Shown: positions 13,201 to 23,900 of the stretch, in pieces | Position numbering within the stretch: position 1 is the stretch's first letter | Layout of the letters: every line of letters begins with the position of its first letter | Notes under the pieces: generated by a model | Databases searched by the model: none | What the model was told of the DNA's origin: nothing | Seen by the model: only the letters and a program-made list of their open reading frames with translations | Program-made: the position numbers and the translations under genes | NCBI GenBank assembly: GCA_903813345.2 | Contig: CAIIXF020000001.1 | Coordinates: forward strand, 48,422,001 to 48,486,000 | DNA: 64,000 nucleotides | Direction: 5' to 3' | Source of the DNA: Owenia fusiformis | Lineage: Eukaryota

Positions 13201-16200
13201 AGTTCTGGCACAGATTAAGGCAACACTTCTGGAATGGATCACCCTGTATAGCCCTATAGTGAATTCCAATAATATGGATGTACCCTACTCTTTACTTAAG
13301 TACCCAACATAGTGGGGTAATAAAAATTATCTCACAAAAATAATTTCTACCCCATTTTTTGAAGTGACTTGAGTAAAGAGTATATACCAAAAACATTTAG
13401 ACTAATAGATAGATAGGGAAAAATGGTCCTAATTATTGCATAGTCCTTATTATCGCAAGATTGTCCAAAATAGCTAAAATATGCATCCACCTCTTTTAAA
13501 CCAGTGTTACTAGCCCCAGCTTAACACCATTCCTCCCAATCTTAATTAATTTATCCATATACTTACAAATAGGTTATCTCTTCAATTTATAAAAATTGTT
13601 TACTTCGAAACTGTCAATGCAATATCTTAGATTTGAGTAGAAATAATCTTGATTTACGTCATTCACAAAATTCACAATTCAATCAAACTGGTGTCATATT
13701 TGGAATCTACATATAAAATTACATCTAAAAATGTGGTTTCGAAAAGGGTTTATCAACTTTGAAAATTTTCTTTGAAAATGTGACTTCTAGGTCAGGGAGA
13801 TTCCCCATAGACCCCATGTTGTAAAACTACAAAAAGTGAAATATCTTTTCTTGTGTTGGGCAGATAATATTTTCTTTTACTGGACATATTTTAATTTGTA
13901 TAACTATCACATACATAAGGGTAATTTGAAAAGTGAACCAGGCGAAACTGGTAACTACCTACTCGCATCTGAGTAATTATGCAAAAAGTGAAATTCTTCT
14001 GGTAAAGGTTAACCTCCCTCCAAAAAAAGACAGAAAAGAAGTGAATAATGTATATTGTATATAATGTTGATATTCTACACTAAAACTGATAGAAAAATGA
14101 TTATATGTTCATTATTATTGTTGATACTCTACACTAAAAATGATAGAAAAATGATTATAGTGTATGTATGTATCTACATGAATTTTAAGCAGTGGAATGA
14201 CTTATGTTCAAGAACCATGAAATGACAATCAAAACACAACTGAGCGATAATTAGGACGACTTCTGCAATAATTGGGATGACTTCAGAGAAATGCCAAACA
14301 TAACTTAAAATTTAAATGAAAGTTTGATCTTTCACTTGATACCCTCAAAGTAAGTTGGTTGAAGTTATCATATTTGAGATTGTCATTAGTATTCCCTGAG
14401 TTAGGTGTTTGCCAGCCTGCTCTCATTTCCGACCATTTGAGACCTGTATTCCCAAAAACCAACTTGGTTCTATCAACAAGATTTGAAAAACATGTAAAAC
14501 AGCTCACTCAAAAAGGGATCAAATTAGAAGGTGGCACTAAATGCCAGGACATTAAGTCAAAATAGCAGAATAGTTATCGAAAGTGAAATATACAAACAAA
14601 TATACACAACATCAAAATCAAAGTGGCAAAGGCAGTACAATAACTCAAAGAAAGTTGGAGAATCTTTCTAGGTGAATCTAACAGAAGGACTTTCTGCATC
14701 ACTAACCAACTTTTGAGCGAGCATACCAGACAGATTAAAGTCATCAAGAAAATCAACCCAATCCAGGCCACGAATCTCTGCCTAGACTGCGATAAACCAG
14801 AAACAATAGAACATTACCTCTTCAAATGTGATAAACTCCAAGAACCTCAGGAGAAACTGTTTCCGCCATTATACAGCTCACTCAGCAGAAAAATGGAGGC
14901 CATTTTGAAATAAAATTCCACTTACTCTTGGGTTAATAGCATTCTCCGATCACAGGGCTTCAAAATCCAGAATATATTCTTTCTGTTTACCCCCTGCGAT
15001 AAGCAGTTAGCATTTCTCCGATTAAGAACTCACAATCTGATTGGCTGTCGCAATACTGCGACAGAAATCATGTATAAGTCATTGCGCATAATTAGATCAC
15101 GTGATTCAGTTAAATCAGGTGCTTCTAAATTGGTTATAGCAGGGGGAAGAAGGAGGTACAGATTCTGGACACCCGCTTAGGAGGATGGGTTTATAGCTAA
15201 ATTAAAATATATATAACAATCGATTAAGACGGGGATATGAGCTGATATTCTGCAAATGTATGCATAAAGGTATATTTCATATAATTATGCCATAACAACA
15301 GTGCGTGTGTCACCATTACAAATATTGAATCTAAAAGCCGGAATATAGACAAGGCTTTGGACCTAAGTTATGTCTGCACTTCACAGTTCAAAATCAACTT
15401 CTGTACTTATTTGACACCACCTTCTGATTTGCCTGACTGACCTTTAATCATTTCTCAAACATATTCTCTAGAGTTACTCACTTCGAGAGCCATGTTAGAT
15501 TTTGAAACTTATGCCTCTCAAACGGAGGCAGTGGACAGCTGATTAATAGTGACCTTTGAAATCGAATTAAGTCGATCCGCGGCCTACTTTTGTTCTCTAA
15601 CTATGTTATACATCATTATCATCCTTCTGGGCAAGTATTGGAGCGCTGAAGTACTTCCTTTTCGATCAAGACTTGTAATTGTTAGTCGAGTGAATTCTTT
15701 TACTGCCAAATTCCAATATGGCGTTTTCTGCTCGGACATTTTCGTAAATCTCCGGAGGTTGTCCGAACCTAACTAATTCTCAAAATTCATTTCGTTCGTT
15801 GCGTATCTCGCCATATTGGAAATAGGTCTAAAAAACATTCACTTGATGAACAATTTACAAGTCTTGATCGAAAAAGAAGTATTTCAGCGCTCTAATACTT
15901 ACACGGATTGATGATACTGATGTGAGACACAGTTAGAGACCAAAAATAAGCCACGGATCGACTTAATTCGATTTCAACGGTCACAATCATTCAGCTGTCG
16001 AAATGCTCCGTGGGAAAGCTATTATATCAAAATCCAAATAGCTTTCGCAGAAAGTAACTCTAGAGAATCAGGAAATTAGGGTGATTCAAGCGGGAAAATT
16101 TTGTAGGGAATTTCCAGTCAGAGAGAATGTTCTGGCGAAAGGAGATTCTTGGATTTCAAATTCTTGAAGTTGGGAAACCCGGATGAAAAAAATGAAGTTA

Positions 16201-18071
16201 CCTTTTTTAATTCCCGAATCTCTCCGAAATTAGCTCATCTTGGTGACTGTAAATTGCACAGCTGTATTCAATGGAGTCTTGTCATATTCAATCAGCCTCA
16301 ATTTTAAAGTGTATATTTTATTTTTAACGTGATTTTATCGTTTTTTGTCGACTGGTAAGAATCCGCTGGGCTAATGGCAAGATGGATGACTTTGACCTGA
16401 CCTTGACCGATGGCGGTGACGTCATCAATTTTATCTCAACGTTGATTGGTTCAATGATGATTGTTTGGGAAATTTGAATTTAGTTCTCGTAACCTCCCGT
16501 GACCTCCCGAATAGGTCACGTGACCTTGCGCCAGAAGTCCGACTTTTTTGTCAGTCGACCTGTTCAAAGTACATTTAGTAATAATTATCGCTTTTCAGAA
16601 CAATTTAGGAAACAATATTTTCTATCTACGTCGATTACAATTATCGCATCCTACGACCCCTTTAGATTGTGGTCGTAGGCCCGTATTATTAGTAAGCCTG
16701 TCTTTCTACAATGTCGGAGAATGAGCTACGCATTGCACTATTAAATGACCTACCTCGATACATTCCAGAGTATTTTAGAATTCTTTTTATGTTGTTAGAT
16801 TGCCAATTGTATGGGTTTATCGGCAGAACGAAGAGATTTTAGTTTTTACATCGGAAATATATCAGCAATTTTCAAAATGTCGGAAGGGGAATTCATCCGG
16901 GAATTTCCCTTATGACTGGTGCATGCCGGGAACTGAATGGAGGAATTTGACGGTTGAAATAAGTTAAATATTACACGCAAATATTGCTATCAAAAACGAA
17001 AACCTCTTCGTTCTGCCGATAAACCCACACAATTGTGGATTCAACTACACAAAAAGAATGCTAAAATATCTTAAGTGTAAAAGTGTAAAGTATCTTAAGT
17101 GTAAGTAGCGTAGAAAATTCTACCATGTTGTAATCGTACAGACAAAAGAATATGATGTTCGCAAGACTAGAACGTAGAGGTAGTCTTGGAACGAGATAAG
17201 ATTACAAAGCATCTAAGGTACGTAAATTTATATGAACAACTGAGTCAATAGGGATAAATAGCCCAACGAGAGTCGGCGGTCTTGAAAAATACTTGGATCT
17301 GGATGCCAGTCCTGTTATTGATATCATTCCCGTTCGAAGAACGTATTACAGTCTGTTACACTGCTTCAAAGGCAAGCAGTTAAACCTGAAATACAAAACA
17401 TCTAAATAATATTGTGCAATAATATATAGAAAAATATATTCATATTGCACACGAATGACATTTGTATATGTTGGGTTGCTTGTAAATTGGCTCATAAAGT
17501 CTGTAATCTCTTATATTTTGATGCTTCTCTACCATGTTAATTCTCAAAAAAATAACATGGCGGACAGACCTCAAATTACAAGAGGGCACAGGGTTATTGC
17601 ACTAAACACTAAATAATCTGAAATATACAAATGTCATCCGTGTGCAATATGAATATATTTTTCTATATATTATGGCACAATGGTCTATAGATTTCTTATT
17701 TTTCAGGTTCAACTGCTTGCCTTTGAAGCAGTGTAACAGACTGTAGATGTCCGTGGGAATTATAGTCAAAAACTAATCAGTGACAACTTACACTTCCTTC
17801 AAGTGTAGCTAGCGCCATCACTGAATTTGAGAAACTGTACTTTTTTCATCCAAGATGAGCATAAACCTAACAGTAAGACTCTTGGTAGACTAGTCTAAGT
17901 GAGTGAAAACTGGAACTGGAAAATGTTTTTAGAAAAATTTTCTCAAGAAGGCTTATTGAGGAACTACATACGAAAGCAAGGATTCACTGAATACAGTTCA
18001 GTATGAAACTTTGAATATACAACTTCATAATTAACAAGTTAGAGTAACCGTTCCTACCTTCTTGAGGTCAT
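1081..18071 (-). CDS. PTPN11: Tyrosine-protein phosphatase non-receptor type 11 (SHP2/corkscrew), 5' part; gene continues beyond the left edge
   Basis: Four GT-AG exons with consistent phases: 18058-18071, 4455-4577, 3811-4005, 1081-1246. They splice to [81 protein letters not shown]...[19 protein letters not shown]...[10 protein letters not shown], the tandem SH2 domains of SHP2. Confidence 0.97.
1790..2098. mobile_element. Double-hairpin foldback element (possibly Crypton-like non-autonomous)
   Basis: IR1 arms at about 1790-1818 and 1925-1953; adjacent long hairpin 1955-2098 with a CCCTACGGTC loop. Confidence 0.55.
2805..3486. mobile_element. MITE/foldback with about 100-bp TIRs containing AAAAGGTGGATTGGATC subrepeats
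   Basis: 2805-2905 is reverse-complementary to 3385-3486. Confidence 0.75.
3811..4005 (-). CDS. PTPN11: PTPN11 exon 3 (N-SH2, second half)
   Basis: tacag|G CGT AAG...ACT GAA AG|gtaata; 195 nt; [26 protein letters not shown]...DPTTE; not in the ORF track. Confidence 0.97.
4455..4577 (-). CDS. PTPN11: PTPN11 exon 2 (N-SH2, first half)
   Basis: ttcag|A TGG TTC CAT...TCC GTC AG|gtaa; 123 nt; WFHPNITG...GDFTLSV. Confidence 0.97.
4721..10437 (-). mobile_element. DIRS1-type tyrosine-recombinase retrotransposon, non-autonomous or internally decayed
   Basis: Inverted terminal repeats 4766-4898 and 10291-10423, identical by eye. Internal complementary region 4944-5035 = reverse complement of the left terminus (4725-4780) joined to reverse complement of the right terminus. 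No TSD and no long ORF. Confidence 0.85.
7628..7824. mobile_element. MITE nested in the DIRS element (CAGG termini, 5-bp TSD; hAT5-like)
   Basis: TIR CAGGCCCGTAGCCAG...CTGGCTACGGGCCTG; TATAC on both sides; a related right end at about 4150-4206. Confidence 0.8.
10441..10562 (-). CDS. PTPN11: Candidate alternative first coding exon of PTPN11 (about 40-aa N-terminal extension)
   Basis: Open frame [41 protein letters not shown] ending AG|gtaatt, phase 2 and compatible with exon 2; only about 150 nt from exon 2 if the DIRS element is removed. Confidence 0.45.
11825..11917. mobile_element. Hairpin MITE, family B (CATCCTCC...GGAGGATG)
   Basis: Palindromic 93 bp; flanks ATTTCTAC/ATTTGTAC; homologous to 14940-15187 and 51915-52012. 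Confidence 0.7.
12590..13908 (+). repeat. Two diverged direct copies (about 12590-12820 and 13694-13908) of a roughly 220-bp repeat
   Basis: Shared AAATGTGGTTTC...TTTATCAACTTTGAAAATT...GGGAGATTCCCCAT...TTGTATAACTATCA. Confidence 0.65.
14640..14939 (+). mobile_element. Decayed 3' fragment of a non-LTR (LINE) ORF2 (C-terminal zinc-knuckle region)
   Basis: [19 protein letters not shown] matches the C-x2-C-x3-ET-x2-H-x-L-x2-C motif. Confidence 0.6.
14940..15187. mobile_element. MITE family B, longer member, 9-bp TSD
   Basis: CATTCTCC...GGAGGATG; flanks GGTTAATAG/GGTTTATAG. Confidence 0.65.
15463..16068. repeat. Old foldback element with about 240-bp diverged inverted arms
   Basis: ATTCTCTAGAGTTACT...GATCAAGACTTGTAA vs TTACAAGTCTTGATC...AGTAACTCTAGAGAAT. 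Confidence 0.75.
16770..17070. repeat. Foldback element
   Basis: GGGTTTATCGGCAGAACGAAGAG vs CTCTTCGTTCTGCCGATAAACCC arms. Confidence 0.7.
17347..17745. repeat. Foldback element with about 120-bp arms
   Basis: TACAGTCTGTTACACTGCTTCAAAGGCAAGCAGTT vs AACTGCTTGCCTTTGAAGCAGTGTAACAGACTGTA. Confidence 0.75.
18058..18071 (-). CDS. PTPN11: PTPN11 coding exon 1 (MTSR-R)
   Basis: ATG ACC TCA AGA AG|gtagga; 14 coding nt, phase 2, giving the canonical SHP2 start MTSRRW. Confidence 0.9.
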
Positions 18072-18200
18072 AATCGTTGAAAATATTCTCTTCCTTGTTT
18101 TGATCTGTAATGGCGGAAGTAAAATTTAAGCCTCGTTTTCGATTTCAATTAGGGATCTGTCATTTTGAACAATCCAACGTTCATCTAAGTGTTTGTGTTC
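18072..18200 (-). promoter_or_regulatory. Putative PTPN11 5'UTR/core promoter
   Basis: Lies immediately upstream of the MTSRR ATG; overlapping YY1/ETS-type motif ATGGCGGAAGT at 18110-18120. Confidence 0.5.
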
Positions 18201-18749
18201 TAAGGAGCTCTGTGTGTTGTATTCTTTCACGAGATATTGTTACATGTATCTAATTTAAATAAATTCAAGAAATAAAGTTTCCAATATTGTCAAGATACAT
18301 ATCCCATGATATTTTGTTTATTTTATATTTTGTATAATCTCATCCACTGATGTCAGGATGTATGGCCTCTTGAAAATTCTCTTATTTTTAACATGGGAAA
18401 CCCTCACTTTAACAAATCCACCACTCATTTTTTTATGGTCCGAACTAACTTTATGTATTCACTCTACTTACAATGAATGGAAGGCTACCAAATATATGAA
18501 TCAAAATATCTAGTGCTAACATTAGTAAAATGGTTTAGGGTTGTGATTATATTTCATGCTATTTCTTAGAGAGAGGACCTTGAACTTTATTATAGATACA
18601 TATTTCGTAAACTCCAAGTTAGTAAAGATTTACATTTATATCCTGAGGTCCAGGAATGCAGTCATAAAATGCCTTATGAATGTCAATTATTTGTCCATCA
18701 TTCATTCTAAAGTTCAGCTGGAAAATAACATTTTGGGGAAAAATTTACC

Positions 18750-19075
18750 TGCACATGTTATTTTCTGGTATAAAATAAAGTATGAAGGCCTAGTGTTAAT
18801 TTCCTTGCTTTTTTTAGGAAAGTATCATTTCATTGTCTTCTTTTCGTAAATCTGGTAAGGGTTCTGGTTCAATGGGAATTACTCTAGGAAATTCTGATAT
18901 TTCACACTTTCCATTTTTTCAAGTTTTCTTTCGAAGTTTCCAGACAACATGGGAGCTACATTGACCTGTTTTTAGGTTTAATAATAGTAGACAATGTAAT
19001 GATACTTTCCTGAAAAAAGGAAGGAAATACACACATATGCCTTCATATTTCATTTTGTACCAGAAAATACATTGA
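18750..19075. repeat. Diverged foldback element
   Basis: TATTTTCTGGTATAAAAT...AGGAAAGTATCATT vs AATGATACTTTCCT...GTACCAGAAAATA. Confidence 0.6.
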
Positions 19076-20835
19076 TATCACAAGACTTTCATAGTTTTCA
19101 ACTGCATGTGATGATTATTTTCCAAATTCAGTAAAACAGCTGTTTATAGTGAAGGCCTCTATTAGTGGAAGACTTTGAAATCAAGTCACCCATTAAATTG
19201 TTAATGTTAAGTGAACCTCTAGCTATATTAGTGGAACATCTCACAGGTGGAAAACTATTTTGAAGGATCAAAGGTATTCCACTTACAAAAGTTTATTGTA
19301 CTTAAATTATTTTTATTAATGGGAATGCAGTATCCTGATACTTATTAGATTCATGTTTTCTAAAACAAGAAAACCTACACAACTGCACTAAACAACTCAA
19401 ATATTTCATTTATATATCAAATTGTACATTTATTTCATGTTTTGCGATAAAATGTACATTGTGGATTTCCTCCTGCTTTTTTATCTACACATTGCAATCT
19501 ATATTAAATAATCTACACAATATAATTGGAATATTTACAAATAAAATAATAACTGTAACCACTTTAAGTTAAAATGTTAAAGTATTATAGGCCATTATAT
19601 GCACAAATGATAAAATATCTGATTTACAAAGAAATGTGCCATATCTGGAGTACATGTATGAGAATTCACAGGTTGGAATGGTTCGGAGATATAACCACAT
19701 GTTTTGCGAAAACGAACAAAGAAAAAACAATATACAGACTTGAAACATACAAAGCACTGATAAAAATGAACAGAATAACAATAATCTCATTGCCATTGTT
19801 ATTGCCACATCTTAAATAAAAGTAGCATAATTTCCAAAAGCTCCATTTGGAAAACGACCATGAGAAAAATGGTGCATATTCCTATGTCGATGACTCGATA
19901 GTCATATATATTTTCTTAACTATTTTTTTTAGCTCAGACAGGAAATAAGCACATAACAGCACAATGGACAAATTTTGCCTAGTTCTTCAACACAGTATGT
20001 ACAATCAAAACTTATAAGATAATAATATTAAGAACACAGTCAGGTTGGACGCAGAATACTAAAAAATTTAGTATAAAAGTATATATGTATTAAAAATATA
20101 CATGATTATTCTGGTATTTTCACATTGATTTCCACTTAGGAATAATCAAATTACACTGTCTGTCAGTAATTACATGATTAAAATTCAATTCATATGTCAC
20201 TTTTATTTATTAAATTAAAATATATACATGTAAAATGACCACTAAAGTACTCATTATATGGTACATCATATACATGTAATTACACATATAGTAAACTTTT
20301 CACAGAAAAGCTATTGCAAGTAAAAAATATGTACATTATAGTACAAAGTTTTTTGGTCCCAAGTAATCTGAGTATAACATATATAACATATTTACAAAAT
20401 AGTCGATTTCACAGTTTCAAAGTGCAATGTATAAAATGAATTTACAAAATACATTTGGCAAAAGTAAGATTTTGATGTACATGTACACTGTATGTAAAAT
20501 ATTACAAAATCTACTATAATATTCAGTAAAATTCGGTAAAACAAGAGTATTTCATGATAAGATTGCTTGATGTCTGATTCTGATTCATCAACATAAAGTA
20601 TATGCATCTTACAAGAGCTGTTATCTCAATTCAGCTTCTAATCTTGAAGATGGTCCTGGCCTGGTAAATTCAAACTTTCTGGTTTTGTTTAAAATAAAAC
20701 TCTAGTTTTTATATCTGTACATCCTTTTATTGGTTTTATTCAATTTTGGTCTCTCAATATCTCTTAGTATTACCATTTTCTCAGTCAATATATAGGTCAC
20801 CATGGCAACTGAATCTTCATTTGCTTAATAATAGC

Positions 20836-20934
20836 TCAGTCTCTCTGTATGACCATAGTTACTCCAGATCCACTATTCTTCAACACAGATACAGCTACCT
20901 CATGCTGCACATCAACAAAGTCATGCCCATTAAC
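20836..20934 (-). CDS. ERBIN: LAP gene last coding exon (PDZ end, stop)
   Basis: gcag|[35 protein letters not shown]. Confidence 0.94.
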   Translation of the reverse strand, partial: VNGHDFVDVQHEVAVSVLKNSGSGVTMVIQRD

Positions 20935-23900
20935 CTGCAATATAAAGTAAAAACATTGATTAATTAAGTAATAACATTGATTAATTTCATTGAAATATTG
21001 GACATAAGAATTGCATCACTAAATCATAGAGAAATTTTACCATTCAAATAAACTGCCAAAAGATTCCAAACAATTGATTTTGCTTTTTTAAAAATGTATG
21101 ATATTAGCCAGATTTAATTGGCAATTTCTCAAATATTGGGTTTACTTTTAAATTGGTGATTTTTTAGTGTTATAAAGCATAAAAAATAAATGAAAGCATG
21201 CTAGTTCTCATTTGACAGTACATGAACGTTCTATTTCAGCAATGTGATGAAGGCTGGAATAATATCATCCTGCATTGTATGCTATATTAGCACATAATTT
21301 ACATGTACAATGATCTTTGGCTAACATGTACTTGCTATTACATTGATCCATAAAATTTTTGTCAATTTTAAAGTTATCAGAATAATTTACAGTCTAGCTA
21401 ACAAGAACCGGCATCTTGATTCATTAAATCACTTGTACAGTTATTATTTGAAGGTTGGGCTTACCTCAATAATCTTATCGCCAGCCTTTAGCTGCAATCC
21501 TGCAGGGCCTTCTGGTTGTACTTTAGTGACAAATATACCCTGCAATAAAAAACAAACATCAGAACTAATTTATTGATATTTTAAAGCAATTTTTCGACAT
21601 AGTTATATGAAATAACAGAAGCATTTTTCCAGTGATTCAGCAATAAAATCAATATCATGCAAAATTCTAGAACTCATAAATGTGGTCAACAAATGAGAAA
21701 TCGAAATTTGCAAAATTAAATACATATTAAGTGTCAAAAATTGTAAAATGTGTCACATCAAATAGTGCCCAATAAACCTGACACCAAATTTTAAAAATAT
21801 AACCTAAAAGTTTTAAACAAATAAATGTGTCCTCACCATATCCCCATGTACAAATGGGTTGCCTACTGAACCTACACCTCCAGCTATAGAGAAACCAAGC
21901 CCTGGGTTCTTAGAAACATTCACCGTAAACTAAAACAGAAATATATTTATTTACCAAGGTTTTATGAATATTTAAAAACATCAGTAAATGTGAGAAATAT
22001 ATCGCTCTTTGCACCGAATAATCAAAAATTACTTTTAAAGTGGCACAGTATAGAAATAGATGTACTTAATTTAGTTTCTGTTAATTAATATTGCACTGTA
22101 TATAAAACAAAGAAACCAGCTTGAGTCATTTGGGTGTTTTCAGAGAATGTGATAACTTTTCTTCAACCAATGACTTTAAACTTACTAGTTTTGACTGTTG
22201 TGACTGTAGTGTATTTGATGTCAACTTAATATCGACAGAATCCCCATCATATCCAGAATCTCCCTTCTGAGGTGTGCTCTCCCTAGAGTAGGGTACACTA
22301 GGGGGGTCCCTTGAGGGTGGGGGCAGCATGGTGCCATGGGTAGGAGGTGAAGGGGGGACTCGGTTAGGGGGAGCCATGATCCCACGGTTAAACAATGGAC
22401 CACCAGTGCCTGTAACATACCCAAAAGATTAACAAATTAAGCCAAATGGGTTGCTCATGAATACCAAATGCAAGGTGTAGTAGAGTGATCCTATGAGAGG
22501 TTATGGCCATATTTCATGACAGGTTATGTTCACAGTTTATGACAGGTTATGGTCATATCTTAGGACAGGTTATATTCTTTATCTATGACAGATTATGTTC
22601 ATATTTTATGATAGGTTTTTACTCAAATTTACTTAGGTGGTTCAAAAAGTTTTGCAGTTTATGCCATAACTTCAAGGAAAATAAGACTTTTGCAATGAAA
22701 CTTGGTACACATATGTGTTATATATTTATACATTATATGGTAAAATCTGGGACCTCAATTTTGATTGGTTCTTGAGATATGGTTGCTATGGTAGCCAGTG
22801 TGGTGGGTACCATGTTCAACCCGAAATTACGTTTTTCCAAATAGTTTTCTTGCTTGAATAAACTCTTTGTAAAGTGGCAATTAGCAGGTGTAAGTGTCTT
22901 TGGGTGGCTTCAAATTCTTCAATTTATCTAACTGCAAAGGTAATCACTTATTTCCTCTAATGAAATATGTCTGTCCTGCTCTATAAGAACTTTTATCTTT
23001 TCTGCATTCACCTGGTTGACAGAGGTCCTTGGCCTTCCTTTTCTGGGGTTGTCTGAAAGACTGTCACGCTTCCCCTTCTTGAAATCTTTGTACCATCTCA
23101 TTACAGTTGTGTAATTTTTGGCATCATTTTCAAATGCTCCCTGAACCAGTTCATAAGTCTCTTGCAGTCTTGCCATTTTGAACCATGCACTGTATCAGAT
23201 TTCTATGCTTCCATTTCATCAATTTGGTTGGTGTGGAAACATCTGTCATTTTGAAAACTTTGGAAAAAAATTCAAAATTTCCTCACTTTTCCATTTCAAT
23301 TTTTCAACTGGGTTTTGGACAGTATACATCACAAAGGAACTTATCGTGTCACTTGTCTATTGTGATGTCATAGAGCCAATTAGAAAAATTGAAGAATTTG
23401 AAGAAAAATAGCCACCCAAAGACACTTACATCTGCTGATTGCCACTTTACAAAGAGTTTATTCAATTAAGAAAACTATTTGGAAAAACATAATTTCGGGT
23501 TGAACATGGTACCCACCACTCTGGTTATCATAGCAACCATATCTCAAGAACCAATCATCGTGGTCCCAAATTTTACCATATAATGTATAAATATATAACA
23601 CACATGTGTACCAAGTTTCATTGTAAAAGTCCTATTTTCCTTGAAGTTATGGCATCAACTGCAAAACTTTTTGACCCACCTAAGTAGGACAGCTTATGTT
23701 CAAGTTTTATAACAGGTCATGGTAATATTTTATTACAGTTAATACTCGTATCTTATGATAGGTTATGTGCATATTCTATGACATATTTTATGTTCATCAG
23801 AAGATGCAATTAACAGACAGATTAGTTATTTCCATGGATAACAGATGATTACCAAGGTTACAGCCTACTCTGGGGAAATAAAACATTAAAACATATCCCT

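Noticed and set aside
15474..15493. ATG GCT CTC GAA|GTGAGT on the minus strand as PTPN11 exon 1
   Set aside because: Phase 0 is incompatible with exon 2, it lies in a foldback arm, and the true MTSRR exon is at 18058-18071.
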